Source of the DNA: an uncultured Haloferula sp.
Lineage (GTDB): Bacteria; Verrucomicrobiota; Verrucomicrobiia; Verrucomicrobiales; Akkermansiaceae
Direction: 5' to 3'
Assembly: GCA_965652295.1 (NCBI GenBank)
Contig: CBFGTS010000003.1
Coordinates: 160,001-224,000, forward strand
Length of the DNA stretch: 64,000 nucleotides
Shown: positions 17,044 to 26,468 of the stretch, piece by piece
Position numbering within the stretch: the stretch's first letter is position 1
How the letters are laid out: each line of letters begins with the position of its first letter
The notes under the pieces: generated by a model
What the model saw: only the letters and a program-made list of their open reading frames with translations
Told to the model about the DNA's origin: nothing
The model's database searches: none
Program-made: the position numbers and the translations under genes

Positions 17044-18330
17044 ATGACTGAACAAGCCACCCAATTCTTCCTCCAGATGGCCGTGATTCTCTTGGCATGC
17101 CGCTGGGTGGGAGCGCTCGCCCAACGACTCGGCCAGCCGCAGGTGGTGGGCGAAATGATCGCCGGCGTGTTACTAGGACCCTCATTACTGGGGTGGATCT
17201 TACCGCAGACGACCGACCTGGTTTTCACAAGCGAATCCCGCGGCATCCTCTATGCCGGCGCACAGCTCGGAGTGGGCCTCTACATGTTTCTGGTCGGGCT
17301 CGAGTTCAGGACGGATCATTTCCGGGCCAGGGCCAGGAGCGCCGTAAGCGTCTCCCTCGCGGGGATGGCGGTGCCCTTCGCTCTCGGCGCGCTCCTCGTG
17401 CTCTGGCTGCGCCACGTGCCCGGCCTTTTTTCACCCGACCTCCGCTACTTCGAGGGTGCCTTGTTCATGGGCGCGTCGATCGCCATCACCGCCTTTCCCA
17501 TGCTGGCGAGAATCATCTCCGAACGCGGACTCGCCGGAACCTCGCTCGGCACGCTCGCGCTCTCGGCCGGTGCGATCGACGACGCCGCCGCCTGGGCCCT
17601 ACTTGCGGTCGTGCTTTCGACCTTCGGCGCTTCCCAGCCTGTGGAAATCGGTAATCTGAAAATTGGTGCCGAGATCGTCGCCATCGGAGGAGCTCTCGTC
17701 TACGGCGTCGTGGTGCTCACCGTCGGTCGAAAGATGCTCGCCGTGTTTGGCCGACAGGCCGAGAGATCCGGCGGAGTGAGCCAGCCAGCTCTCGCGACCA
17801 TCCTCGCCCTCTTCTGCCTGGCCGCTTGGTATGCCGACACCATCGGCGTGCACGCCGTCTTCGGCGGCTTCATCCTCGGAATTGCCATGCCTCGCGGTGT
17901 TCTGGCCGCAGACTTGAAGCAGAAGCTACAGCCGATGTGCGTCGTATTCCTGCTCCCCATGTTTTTCACCTTCTCGGGTCTCAACACCCGGCTCGGACTC
18001 CTCGTTTCTCCCGGCCTGATCCTGGTCGGTCTGGCGGTGCTGGCGGCTTCGGTTGTGGGCAAGGGCGTCGCCTGCTGGGCCGCCGCCCGGCTCAATGGCG
18101 AGGACAACGCCACCGCGATGGCGGTCGGCACCTTGATGAACGCTCGCGGGCTGATGGAATTGATCATCATCAACATCGGGCTCGAACGAGGTATCATCGG
18201 AGAATCGCTGTTCTCGATTCTCGTCCTAATGGCCATCGTCACCACCCTGATGACCAGTCCCCTCTTCGAAGCCGTCTACGGGCGCAAGAAGCGCGAAGCA
18301 GAATTCCCCGTTTTGCCCTCCGATGCCTGA
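17044..18330 (+). CDS. CPA2 cation/proton antiporter
   Basis: LGQPQVVGEMIAGVLLGPS, ITAFPMLARI, AIDD, MNARGLMEL. Confidence 0.9.
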   Translation: MTEQATQFFLQMAVILLACRWVGALAQRLGQPQVVGEMIAGVLLGPSLLGWILPQTTDLVFTSESRGILYAGAQLGVGLYMFLVGLEFRTDHFRARARSAVSVSLAGMAVPFALGALLVLWLRHVPGLFSPDLRYFEGALFMGASIAITAFPMLARIISERGLAGTSLGTLALSAGAIDDAAAWALLAVVLSTFGASQPVEIGNLKIGAEIVAIGGALVYGVVVLTVGRKMLAVFGRQAERSGGVSQPALATILALFCLAAWYADTIGVHAVFGGFILGIAMPRGVLAADLKQKLQPMCVVFLLPMFFTFSGLNTRLGLLVSPGLILVGLAVLAASVVGKGVACWAAARLNGEDNATAMAVGTLMNARGLMELIIINIGLERGIIGESLFSILVLMAIVTTLMTSPLFEAVYGRKKREAEFPVLPSDA

Positions 18331-18346
18331 GCGCGAGTATCTGCCA

Positions 18347-18787
18347 TCACACCTCGGGATCCGGCATGGAACACGGCGGACTCGCGCAGCCGCCCGATTC
18401 CCCGTGCGCCGAAGGCAGTTCCTCAAGCGCTTCGATCACCAGTTCCCGCAGTACGGAGCGATGGCAACTTGCCTCATCCTCACAAAAACATCCAAGATGC
18501 AGCGGGAGACGGAGGGCTGTCGCGGCCAGGAAGGTGATAACGTGTCGCGCATCGGGTTGTCGCATTTCAGCGCGATACCGGCGAAAGAATTGAGCCGTCG
18601 AATACACCCCATGCTGGTAGCTTCGCACCAGTTCGGAACTCGGAGCGAGAATCGGAAGCCAAACATCGAAAAAGCCTCCCGACACATAGGCTTCCTTCCG
18701 AATTCCCCTGGGCACCTGCCGGGCCACCCCGACGCAGAGCCCTTCCAGATTCTGACACGTCCCATAAGTGTAGCTGCCGACGACCAT
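18347..18787 (-). CDS. DUF488-family protein (second copy)
   Basis: WLPILAPSSELV, FFRRYRAEM, GCFCEDEASCHRSVL; start uncertain. Confidence 0.7.
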   Translation of the reverse strand: MVVGSYTYGTCQNLEGLCVGVARQVPRGIRKEAYVSGGFFDVWLPILAPSSELVRSYQHGVYSTAQFFRRYRAEMRQPDARHVITFLAATALRLPLHLGCFCEDEASCHRSVLRELVIEALEELPSAHGESGGCASPPCSMPDPEV

Positions 18788-18882
18788 GTTTTCCTATTTT
18801 AGCCACACGTCTCGACCCGGCAATGTTTCACTCCTTCCGCGAAGGGATTGTTCTCCCAACCTCCTTTGACTCCACTCGTCCC

Positions 18883-20067
18883 ATGAAAAACCCACGCTTC
18901 GCGATCGATACCCGATGCGCTCATGCCGGCTCCAATATCGAAGACGGCACGAATCCACCCTTCCAAGCCGCCATCGCCCAAACCAGCCTCTTCCGGCTCG
19001 GCACCTCAGTCGCAGCCGAAGCGATCTTTTCCGGCAACTCCCCTGGCTTCGCCTATACCCGTTTCGGCAATCCTACCGTCGATCATTTCGCAGAGTGCAT
19101 CGCCGAGCTCGAGGGCGGGAGCAACGCTTTGATCACGAGCTCGGGAAACGCCGCCGTGCTCTGTGCCGTGACCGCCGCCATTTCAGGTCGGTCCGGGCCT
19201 CTTGTCACTCATCCCGGTATCTACGGTGGAAGCTTCGAGTTGCTTCGCCTCCTAGCGGAAACCTACGCCCTCCCGGTGAACACCGTGGATCCTCGCGAAC
19301 CGACCAAGTGGCGAGAGGCCCTGCAGAACGCAGGAGCGGTTCTGATCGAGACTCCCTCAAATCCGCTGATGCGCCTGATCGACATTGCCGATGTGGTGCA
19401 CCAGGCCCGCAAAGCGAAGGCTCCGGTGATCGTCGACAACACGGTCGCGACGCCCTTCAACCAACGTCCGTTCGAGTGGGGTGCAGACTGGGTCATTCAT
19501 TCAACCTCGAAATACCTCAATGGTCACTCCGACCTGATCGGCGGTGCCGTCGTCAAGCGTCTGCCACTCAATGAACGGGACCGCCGCATCCACAAGAACC
19601 TTGGCGGCACGGTCAACGCGTTAGACGCTTGGCTCGGCATGAGGGGACTCCGAACTTTCGCGCTGCGAATGCGTCAACACAACCGCAATGGAGAAGCAGT
19701 CGCGGAATGGCTCGGTGGGCACCCCGAAGTTCAAGCCGTTCACTACCCGGGTTTAGAAGACGGCGGACAACGGGAAACCAGAGAACGCCAGATGCGGCAT
19801 CCGGGCTCTCTGCTTTCCTTCGAACTCAAGGGCGGCGAGCAAGCCGCGACTCGGTTCATCGACAGGCTCCGCCTCATCGTCCATGCAGTGAGCCTCGGCG
19901 GCATGGAAAGCCTCGTCACACGACCTGCCGGATCGAGCCACAGCGGCATGACAGAGAAAGCCCGCACCGCGGCAGGCATTTCCGCCGGATTGATCCGACT
20001 TTCTGTTGGCACGGAGGACATTGATGACATCATCGCGGATCTTTCGCTTTCTCTGGCTGCTCCCTGA
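18883..20067 (+). CDS. Cys/Met metabolism PLP enzyme (cystathionine gamma-synthase / Met gamma-lyase family)
   Basis: YTRFGNPT, ETPSNP, VDNT, HSTSKYLNGHSD, SLGGMESL, LIRLSVG. Confidence 0.9.
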   Translation: MKNPRFAIDTRCAHAGSNIEDGTNPPFQAAIAQTSLFRLGTSVAAEAIFSGNSPGFAYTRFGNPTVDHFAECIAELEGGSNALITSSGNAAVLCAVTAAISGRSGPLVTHPGIYGGSFELLRLLAETYALPVNTVDPREPTKWREALQNAGAVLIETPSNPLMRLIDIADVVHQARKAKAPVIVDNTVATPFNQRPFEWGADWVIHSTSKYLNGHSDLIGGAVVKRLPLNERDRRIHKNLGGTVNALDAWLGMRGLRTFALRMRQHNRNGEAVAEWLGGHPEVQAVHYPGLEDGGQRETRERQMRHPGSLLSFELKGGEQAATRFIDRLRLIVHAVSLGGMESLVTRPAGSSHSGMTEKARTAAGISAGLIRLSVGTEDIDDIIADLSLSLAAP

Positions 20068-20289
20068 AATCAGGGCCGCTGCATACTACTCAAAGTGGCG
20101 CACATCCTGCGGCGTCAACCGAAGCTGGAATCGCTTGCCTGATGGAATTCCGGCGGTCCTCTTTCGATCGAGCAACGAGTCGTCGACAACCGGTGCAATT
20201 CGCGGCCGGAAAAGGTCATAAGATGATGACGGACGCCCTTTAGGCGGCCCTGTCCTCCCACGGATTCCCTTCGATTCGACGGGCTGCCC

Positions 20290-20571
20290 GTGCCCTCCTC
20301 ACTCCACATCTCAATGCTCATGCTCAATCCATTCGTCCTCTACCACCTTTCGAAACCCATTCACGTTCAAAGAAGGTCAGTAACTTCACTCCTGATTCCT
20401 GCCGTCTCGCTGACCCTGATCTACGGGTCCTGCTCGGAGGCTCCTCCCGATCCTCCGCCGCCAGCCCGCGTAACCGATACGAAGCCTGTCGGTGATGGGC
20501 TCAAGGTGATCGGCTATGCGCTGCTGGGCAGCGCGATCGTGCTTGTCCTTGGTTCGATGAGCCGACGGTGA
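20290..20571 (+). CDS. Small hypothetical membrane protein
   Basis: Hydrophobic segments flanking a Pro-rich linker; start uncertain. Confidence 0.4.
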   Translation: MPSSLHISMLMLNPFVLYHLSKPIHVQRRSVTSLLIPAVSLTLIYGSCSEAPPDPPPPARVTDTKPVGDGLKVIGYALLGSAIVLVLGSMSRR

Positions 20572-20588
20572 ACCCAAGCTCCACGCCC

Positions 20589-20738
20589 ATGAACCCTGTG
20601 TTCTACCTCAAGGTCTTCGCTTGGATCGCGATCACCGGTCTCTGCTGCATAATCTTCAACGACTCATGGCTGCCGATTCTCATCGGGACGGTGGTTCTGA
20701 CGGTCGTCATCACCATGATCACGCCACGCCGAGACTGA
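20589..20738 (+). CDS. 49-aa two-TM protein (below ORF-track cut-off)
   Basis: MNPVFYLKVFAWIAITGLCCIIFNDSWLPILIGTVVLTVVITMITPRRD*. Confidence 0.5.
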   Translation: MNPVFYLKVFAWIAITGLCCIIFNDSWLPILIGTVVLTVVITMITPRRD

Positions 20739-20752
20739 GCCCTCTCTGATCC

Positions 20753-20959
20753 ATGCCTCGCACCTTGTATTCCCCCCGTTTGTCGGACGACGTCGTGCGC
20801 TCTCTCTATCGGGAGGGCAAGCGACGGCGAATGCCGATGACCCGGCTTGCCGATGAACTGCTTCGGCAGGCGCTGGGTTCCACTCCGGAGCTTCACGCTC
20901 TGGAGGACGAACCCGTCCCACGGGCTCACGCCCGTCTCCTCCAACGCGGAGCCGCCTGA
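20753..20959 (+). CDS. Small ribbon-helix-helix-like protein
   Basis: LYSPRLSDDVVRSLYREGKRRRMPMTRLADELLRQAL fits a beta-helix-helix pattern. Confidence 0.5.
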   Translation: MPRTLYSPRLSDDVVRSLYREGKRRRMPMTRLADELLRQALGSTPELHALEDEPVPRAHARLLQRGAA

Positions 20960-21055
20960 GGTTCTGCTCTCCCACACCCCCTGCGTCACGATGAAGCCCG
21001 GCAACGCGCCGGGCTTCGTCGTTTCCAACCCCTCAACTCCCAACCCCATCCCCCT

Positions 21056-21559
21056 ATGGCCATCAAACTGATCGCAAACTACAGCAAACGCCTGGGCCTC
21101 CCGGGCTACTCGAGCCACCAGTTCAGCGTCTCCGTGGAGGCTGAGCTGGTGAAGACGGACGACGTCCCGGCGGAAGCCGAACGCCTCTACCAGCTCCTTC
21201 AGACGAACGTCGATGAGCAGATCCAATCCACGGGTTTTGTCCCTCCCGGTGACTATGGGATGCAGAATCCATCCGCCGACCCGCACCCACCCGAGCCGTC
21301 TCCAAATGGAGACAACTGGAAATGCTCTGAGAAGCAGCGGGATCTCATTCTGCGGATCGTCGACGAGCACTCGCTCGACAAGAACGAGATCGACCACCTC
21401 GCCCGCCAACGCTTCGGCAAAGGTGTGCGGCAACTCAACAAGATCGAGGCCAGCGGCCTCATTGACGAACTGATCGACACCCATGGTGGCGGGCAACGGC
21501 GGACCAATGGACGTCGCGCCGCCTACGCCGGGACTCAGAACCAAGGAGGTCGTGCATGA
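21056..21559 (+). CDS. Hypothetical protein, coupled to nuclease
   Basis: YSKRLGLPGYSSHQFSVSVE N-domain; C-terminal SEKQ...EASGLIDEL helical motif; ATGA overlap. Confidence 0.7.
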   Translation: MAIKLIANYSKRLGLPGYSSHQFSVSVEAELVKTDDVPAEAERLYQLLQTNVDEQIQSTGFVPPGDYGMQNPSADPHPPEPSPNGDNWKCSEKQRDLILRIVDEHSLDKNEIDHLARQRFGKGVRQLNKIEASGLIDELIDTHGGGQRRTNGRRAAYAGTQNQGGRA

Positions 21560-22380
21560 TTGCGTTCGTCGAACAACCGGTGGCGCTCGGGATCCACCCT
21601 GCACATATCTCACCCTCGGCCGCGAAGTCGTATTTGAGCTGCTCGCTCCAGTTCTACTTCGAGCGGGTCGCCCGAATCCCGCGGCCCACATCGCCGTCCC
21701 TCCACCTGGGAAAGGCGGTGCATGCAGCGCTCCAGGCATTCCACCTCGCCCGCTGGCGTGGGGGCGACGACACGCCCGCAGCGATCGAGGCGGCCTTCAT
21801 CAAGGCCTTCGCCGAGCTGGAAGCCACCGAAGGTCCGGTGAAGTGGAAGGACGACAAGGACCGCACGAAAGCCTACGAAGCGGGATTGCGGGTGCTTGCC
21901 GCCTACCTCGACTCCGCAGAAGTGCTCAAGGGCAGGCCGACGGCCGTGGAAGTGCCGCTCACTGAAACGATCGAAGGGCTGCCGGTTCCCCTCACCGGGA
22001 CGGTGGATCTGGTCACCGGCGACATGGTGGCGGTCGATTTCAAATCGTCGGCCACCTCCCCAAATCCGAGGCTCGCGACGTTCGATCACGAACTCCAGCT
22101 CGTTGCCTACCAGCTGCTCATCGAGCGTGCCAGCGGGAGCGTCCCCAAGTCGCTCGACCTGATCTTCCTGGTGAAAACGAAGGTGCCTAAGGTGGTCCGG
22201 GTTTCCTCACCCCCGGCAACCAAGGCCCGCGTACTGCGAACGATCAACCTGCTGCGGGTGGCGGTCGATGGCATGAGCGAAGGACGCTTCCACCCGCAAC
22301 CCGGCATGCAATGCTCATGGTGTAGCTACCGCCGGGAGTGCGGGAAGTGGCCTGCAAGTCTGCACCGGGTCGCCGCCTGA
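21556..22380 (+). CDS. PD-(D/E)XK nuclease, RecB/AddB/Cas4-like with Fe-S cysteines
   Basis: ISPS...YLSCSLQFYF, GKAVHAAL, GTVDL, VDFKS, QLVAY, CSWCSYRREC. Confidence 0.85.
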   Translation: MIAFVEQPVALGIHPAHISPSAAKSYLSCSLQFYFERVARIPRPTSPSLHLGKAVHAALQAFHLARWRGGDDTPAAIEAAFIKAFAELEATEGPVKWKDDKDRTKAYEAGLRVLAAYLDSAEVLKGRPTAVEVPLTETIEGLPVPLTGTVDLVTGDMVAVDFKSSATSPNPRLATFDHELQLVAYQLLIERASGSVPKSLDLIFLVKTKVPKVVRVSSPPATKARVLRTINLLRVAVDGMSEGRFHPQPGMQCSWCSYRRECGKWPASLHRVAA

Positions 22381-22518
22381 CTCTCCATCCCGGCGGGTGC
22401 TTGCGCTCCCGCCGGGACCTGGAGATGGCAGACCTTTTCCCATATCCTGCGGGAAGGGCGACTCCACGACTGGGGTCGCCCTTTTCGCGTCCTCCAAACC
22501 AACAACCAGCCAACCATC

Positions 22519-23535
22519 ATGTCCAACGACTACAACCTCCCGCTCCTTGAAGCCGTGTGCCGCAGAGGGGTTCTGTGTGCGACCAGCATCCGCTATTGGC
22601 GGGGCTGCAAGCGCCTCAAACCTGAAGACTTGGGACTCGATCCATCCCACGTTTCCGACCGGTTGATCCAGCTCGGTCACAAACGGCTCGTCCCCAGCGA
22701 GTCGCTCTCGGCCTTCGCCCTGATCGAAAGCCGGGCTCATGCACTCGTCGAAACGGCCAGTTTTCCGTTCCTCGGGGGCATCGCCCGCTTCGTTCCGAAC
22801 CCACGGCTGTTTGGGCTCACCAACGGACTGGATCGCCTGCGCGATGAGTTCCGGCAGGCGACGCTCGACTTCGTGGCCGGCTACGGGGACCTGCGTGAGC
22901 AGGCACTCGGCGAGTGGCGCGAAGCTTCGGAACATCTCAATGGCAGTGCAGAGCACCTCCTGGCGACCATCGAGCAATCCTTTCCCCCGTCCGGGGAAAT
23001 CACCCGCAAGTTCGCGTTCGATACCCGGCTCTTCCAAATCGCGGCTCCCGAAAGCCTGCGGATCGATGTGGCCGAGTCCATCGATCAGTTGGAAATCGCC
23101 GATGAGCGCCGCCGCATCGCGGAGGACGCGGGCCGACGGCTCCAGTCCGACCTGGATGGATTCATCCGGGAAAGCGTCACCACGCTGCGTGAGGAAACCG
23201 CGCGGCTCGCCTCGGAGGTGCTGGCCACCATCAGCGGCGGTGAGGGCGGCGTGCATCAGCGCACCCTCAACCGGCTGACCAGCTTCATCGACCAGTTCCG
23301 GTCGCTGAACTTCGCTGGCGACGCCCAGTTGGAAAATACGCTGGAACGTTTCCGTCGCGATCTCCTCAGCCGCAGTGCCGAAGACTATCGCAACCAGCCG
23401 GGCGCGATGGATTCGCTGACCGATGGCCTGAGCCGTCTCCGTGAAAACGCCGTGCAGCTCGCCCGCAACGATGCCCGCGACATCATCTCCCGCTTCGGCC
23501 AGATGGGCGGGCGGAAGCTCGCTGCGGTCAGCTGA
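22519..23535 (+). CDS. DUF3150-like protein
   Basis: W.G.KRL.PEDLG...LGHKRL, FPFLGG..RFVP, RSLNFAGD pattern recalled from ICE/phage proteins. Confidence 0.55.
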   Translation: MSNDYNLPLLEAVCRRGVLCATSIRYWRGCKRLKPEDLGLDPSHVSDRLIQLGHKRLVPSESLSAFALIESRAHALVETASFPFLGGIARFVPNPRLFGLTNGLDRLRDEFRQATLDFVAGYGDLREQALGEWREASEHLNGSAEHLLATIEQSFPPSGEITRKFAFDTRLFQIAAPESLRIDVAESIDQLEIADERRRIAEDAGRRLQSDLDGFIRESVTTLREETARLASEVLATISGGEGGVHQRTLNRLTSFIDQFRSLNFAGDAQLENTLERFRRDLLSRSAEDYRNQPGAMDSLTDGLSRLRENAVQLARNDARDIISRFGQMGGRKLAAVS

Positions 23536-23857
23536 AGTGGCGCACGCCGAAACGTAAAGGGGAGGGGGCTTGGGAAACACTACTTCACCAAGCCCCATCC
23601 CCCCCGGCGGCGGGACCTCACCGCCGCCAGCCCCTCCCGATCCGTTGACATCCCCTCCCGACATCACTGCCTCTGCCCCAATCTGCCTGAATTGAAACCC
23701 TCCTCCTACCTCCTCCGCCTACTACCTCTCCGAAAGCCAAGACCCTCCCTCGAAGCCACTCTCCCCCAACTCCCCCCAACCCCGCACCAAGGGCGGCTCC
23801 ATTCACGGAGCCGCCCTTGGTGCATCCACCTCCAAACCAATCCTCATTCCCATCAAT

Positions 23858-24247
23858 ATGTCCCATTTCACCACTATCCAAACCGCCATCCGCGATCTTG
23901 ATGCCCTTCACGACGCGTGTGCTGAACTTGACGTCGAACTCCGCCTCGACACGCCGTGCCGGGGCTATGGAAGCATCATGCGTGAGGCCCACCGCACGAT
24001 CGTGCTCAAGGGGCCTTACGACATCGCCGTCGATCCAACCGGGGAAGGCAGCGATGCCTTCGGCCTCACTACCGACTGGTGGGGCGGTCACGTCGCCCGG
24101 GAGGTGGGGGCCGGCTACGGTCGGCTCCTCCAGTGCTACGGCGTCCACAAGACGATGCGCGAGGCCCGCCACCGCGGACTGCGCACCACACGGTGTGCCC
24201 AGGCTGACGGCTCCATTCTCCTCATTTTGGAAGGAGGGGCGCTGTGA
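23858..24247 (+). CDS. DUF1257 (Ycf35-like) protein
   Basis: MSHFTTIQTAIRDLDAL...YDIAV...TDWW...LLQCY...DGSILL. Confidence 0.75.
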   Translation: MSHFTTIQTAIRDLDALHDACAELDVELRLDTPCRGYGSIMREAHRTIVLKGPYDIAVDPTGEGSDAFGLTTDWWGGHVAREVGAGYGRLLQCYGVHKTMREARHRGLRTTRCAQADGSILLILEGGAL

Positions 24248-24450
24248 GCCGCAGCATCCACGTCCGCGTTTCGCCCAGCGGTGACATCGCCGTCGAGGCC
24301 TTTGGCTTTCAGGGCAAGGGTTGCGAAGACGCCACCCGGGCGATCGAGCAGGCTCTCGGTCAAAGCACGGGACGACGCTTCAAGCCGGAGCACCGGCAAT
24401 CCATGAGCGTTGTCCATCAGCTGGCTCTTGGAAAAGGGGGTGATGCATGA
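24244..24450 (+). CDS. DUF2997-like protein
   Basis: VSPSGDIAVEAFGFQGKGCEDATRAIEQALG...KPE. Confidence 0.75.
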   Translation: MSRSIHVRVSPSGDIAVEAFGFQGKGCEDATRAIEQALGQSTGRRFKPEHRQSMSVVHQLALGKGGDA

Positions 24451-24710
24451 CCACCGCCACCCTCCGCATTGACCTCCAAGGCTGCATCGATTGCCTCTAC
24501 ACCGAGGCGATCGACCTGCGCTCCTTGGGCAAGCTTGAAGTCACCCGTGCCACCGAGATCGTCTTCCATCCCGACCAACAAGCTTGGGAGGTCCGCTCGG
24601 TGTCGTCCGATGATGTCCTGTTTGCCGCTCCTTCCCGTGAGGCTTGCCTTCAGTGGGAAAGGGAAAACATGCAGCCCGGGGTCACTCCCCCTGCCGAAGC
24701 ACCAGCCTGA
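24447..24710 (+). CDS. Hypothetical protein
   Basis: ATGA-coupled; CLYTEAIDLRSLG.LEVTRATEI...SREACLQWE. Confidence 0.65.
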   Translation: MTTATLRIDLQGCIDCLYTEAIDLRSLGKLEVTRATEIVFHPDQQAWEVRSVSSDDVLFAAPSREACLQWERENMQPGVTPPAEAPA

Positions 24711-24951
24711 TCTGTGCGGCGGGAAATCCGCCCAGCAGCTCGTCCATGGAGCATTTCAGCACCTTTGCCAGGATCACCACCTCGGCGTCGGTCACCCGGC
24801 GCAGGCCGGATTCGATCTTGGCGAAGGTGCCGCGGCTCACATCCCAACCCGCCACCTGACAGCGTCCGGCAATGCTCTCCTGGGACAGCCCCGCTTCCAA
24901 GCGGAGTTTCCTCACCCGGGGTCCAACGAGATTCTGCCGTGCGCTTGCCAT
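24682..24951 (-). CDS. XRE-family HTH regulator
   Basis: NLVGPRVRKLRLEAGLSQ...SRGTFAKIESGLRRVTDAE. Confidence 0.85.
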   Translation of the reverse strand: MASARQNLVGPRVRKLRLEAGLSQESIAGRCQVAGWDVSRGTFAKIESGLRRVTDAEVVILAKVLKCSMDELLGGFPAAQIRLVLRQGE

Positions 24952-25017
24952 TGCTCCGATTGCGGAGCTTGACCCTACCTCCAACAATTGCCTCTATTGC
25001 TCCACTGTCGGAGCAAT
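24950..25017. promoter_or_regulatory. Tandem XRE operator candidates
   Basis: ATTGCTCC-GATTGC-GGAGC (24950-24968) and ATTGCTCC-ACTGTC-GGAGCAAT (24996-25017), with TTGACC between them. Confidence 0.6.
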
Positions 25018-25060
25018 CGGCAGCCTTCCAAACCCCTTCCAACCCCCACCTCCAATCACG

Positions 25061-25420
25061 ATGAAACCAACTCTATGGGTGGTCCTGCTCGTTGCGGGAT
25101 TGCTCACCGCCTGTGGTCCCAGCGAAAGCGACCTCCGCACGGAACTCAGGGAGATCGAAAGCGAAATGCTCGCGATCGAACTCGCCACCCGGGATCACAT
25201 GGCCCGGATGGACCAGGCCGCGATCAGCGCCGCAGCCGGCAGTTTCAACGCTGGATATGGCCTCACCGCAGGCGACTACGATACCGTCGGCGAAGGCATC
25301 GACGTCGCTGTCGAAGCCACCCGCCGCTACGACGTGTCCGCCTATTCCATCGAACAACTGCGCACCCGCTTCCAAAAGCTGGACGCACGCAAACAGGAAA
25401 TCCTCGATGCTCTCCAATAA
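25061..25420 (+). CDS. Lipoprotein
   Basis: Lipobox LLTAC after a hydrophobic signal. Confidence 0.65.
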   Translation: MKPTLWVVLLVAGLLTACGPSESDLRTELREIESEMLAIELATRDHMARMDQAAISAAAGSFNAGYGLTAGDYDTVGEGIDVAVEATRRYDVSAYSIEQLRTRFQKLDARKQEILDALQ

Positions 25421-25904
25421 ACAGAAGCTGCTCATTGCAGCGAAAATCAACGCGTTTACCCACCGGATGAGATCGCATCCCAATCGCTATGTCTGCGGGC
25501 TGTTCGTGGCCGTGGTGGTGGTCTTCCTCAGCTACGAAAAGTGGGCCGAGTACCAGGATTCCAAGCCCGATCCACTCAAAGAGGCCTACGCCAAGCAACA
25601 AGCTGAAGCCGAAGCGAAACGGAGACGGCAGCGGGTATATCCGGCCTACACGCCCCAGAACAGGAAAGCCATCGAAGAGTTCGACGGCCTGTTCTACGTC
25701 GCCTCGCAGATTCATTCCGATGGAGACCTTTCCGGACTGGTCGTGCGGTTACTTTCCACGGTTCCGAACGTGAACTGGTACCCCTGTAGCCCGGACCTAA
25801 GAGGAGCTGCAGCTGACATCGAGTCGATCAAAAGCGGAGACCCTCCAGACGAGGTCACCGCGAAGATCCAGACCTTTGTCGATGTCTGCAATCGCTACCG
25901 ATAG
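25407..25904 (+). CDS. Hypothetical single-TM protein
   Basis: TM YVCGLFVAVVVVFLSY; overlaps the lipoprotein stop. Confidence 0.5.
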   Translation: MLSNKQKLLIAAKINAFTHRMRSHPNRYVCGLFVAVVVVFLSYEKWAEYQDSKPDPLKEAYAKQQAEAEAKRRRQRVYPAYTPQNRKAIEEFDGLFYVASQIHSDGDLSGLVVRLLSTVPNVNWYPCSPDLRGAAADIESIKSGDPPDEVTAKIQTFVDVCNRYR

Positions 25905-26015
25905 CCTCGAATCCCCAAGGCTTCCTCCGCCCCCAGAGACCGCGGTTTCCCACGAAAGGCACCAAATCCCGAAGACCCGGGAGGGCAAAAATCCCATCTA
26001 CTTCACCCGCGTCCG

Positions 26016-26354
26016 ATGAAAAATCTTCAACGCCTCAAGCTTGCAGCTCTGCTCGCTGCCATCGCCGTCCTGTCCCTCCCTGCCGTTGCAGAACCTAGCG
26101 TTCACAAGGCAAACATCGAAGTCGCCGCCGGGCTTCCAAACAGGATGGCCTCGACCCACGTCCTCGCCGCCCGGGTCGAGCTGTTCCACAAGGACCAGCT
26201 CGGCCACTGGGTAAAGGTCAGGAGCTTCATTCGCTACGATTCTTTCGTCGGGCTCGTAACGGCCTTCGACCAGCGATCCCGGAAGGAGATTGAATACCAT
26301 CAAGGCGATTGGCGGGTTGAATGGGCACGGACCATTCACACCGAACGTGACTGA
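26016..26354 (+). CDS. Secreted hypothetical protein
   Basis: Signal peptide MKNLQRLKLAALLAAIAVLSLPAVA. Confidence 0.55.
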   Translation: MKNLQRLKLAALLAAIAVLSLPAVAEPSVHKANIEVAAGLPNRMASTHVLAARVELFHKDQLGHWVKVRSFIRYDSFVGLVTAFDQRSRKEIEYHQGDWRVEWARTIHTERD

Positions 26355-26468
26355 CTCCGATCCCCTACGCTTCCCCCTCCCCCCAGAGACCCCGGTTCCC
26401 AGCGTGGAACCGGGGTCTTCTGTTTTCACCCCCAACCTCACTTCAACCGCAACACCGCAATCTCCATC

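Noticed and set aside
21556..22380. Cas4-like nuclease as evidence of CRISPR-Cas
   Set aside because: No cas1/cas2 and no repeat-spacer array seen anywhere in the window
23560..23790. C-rich tract and 69-aa ORF (G-quadruplex or peptide)
   Set aside because: Low-complexity sequence like other leaders here; no independent support
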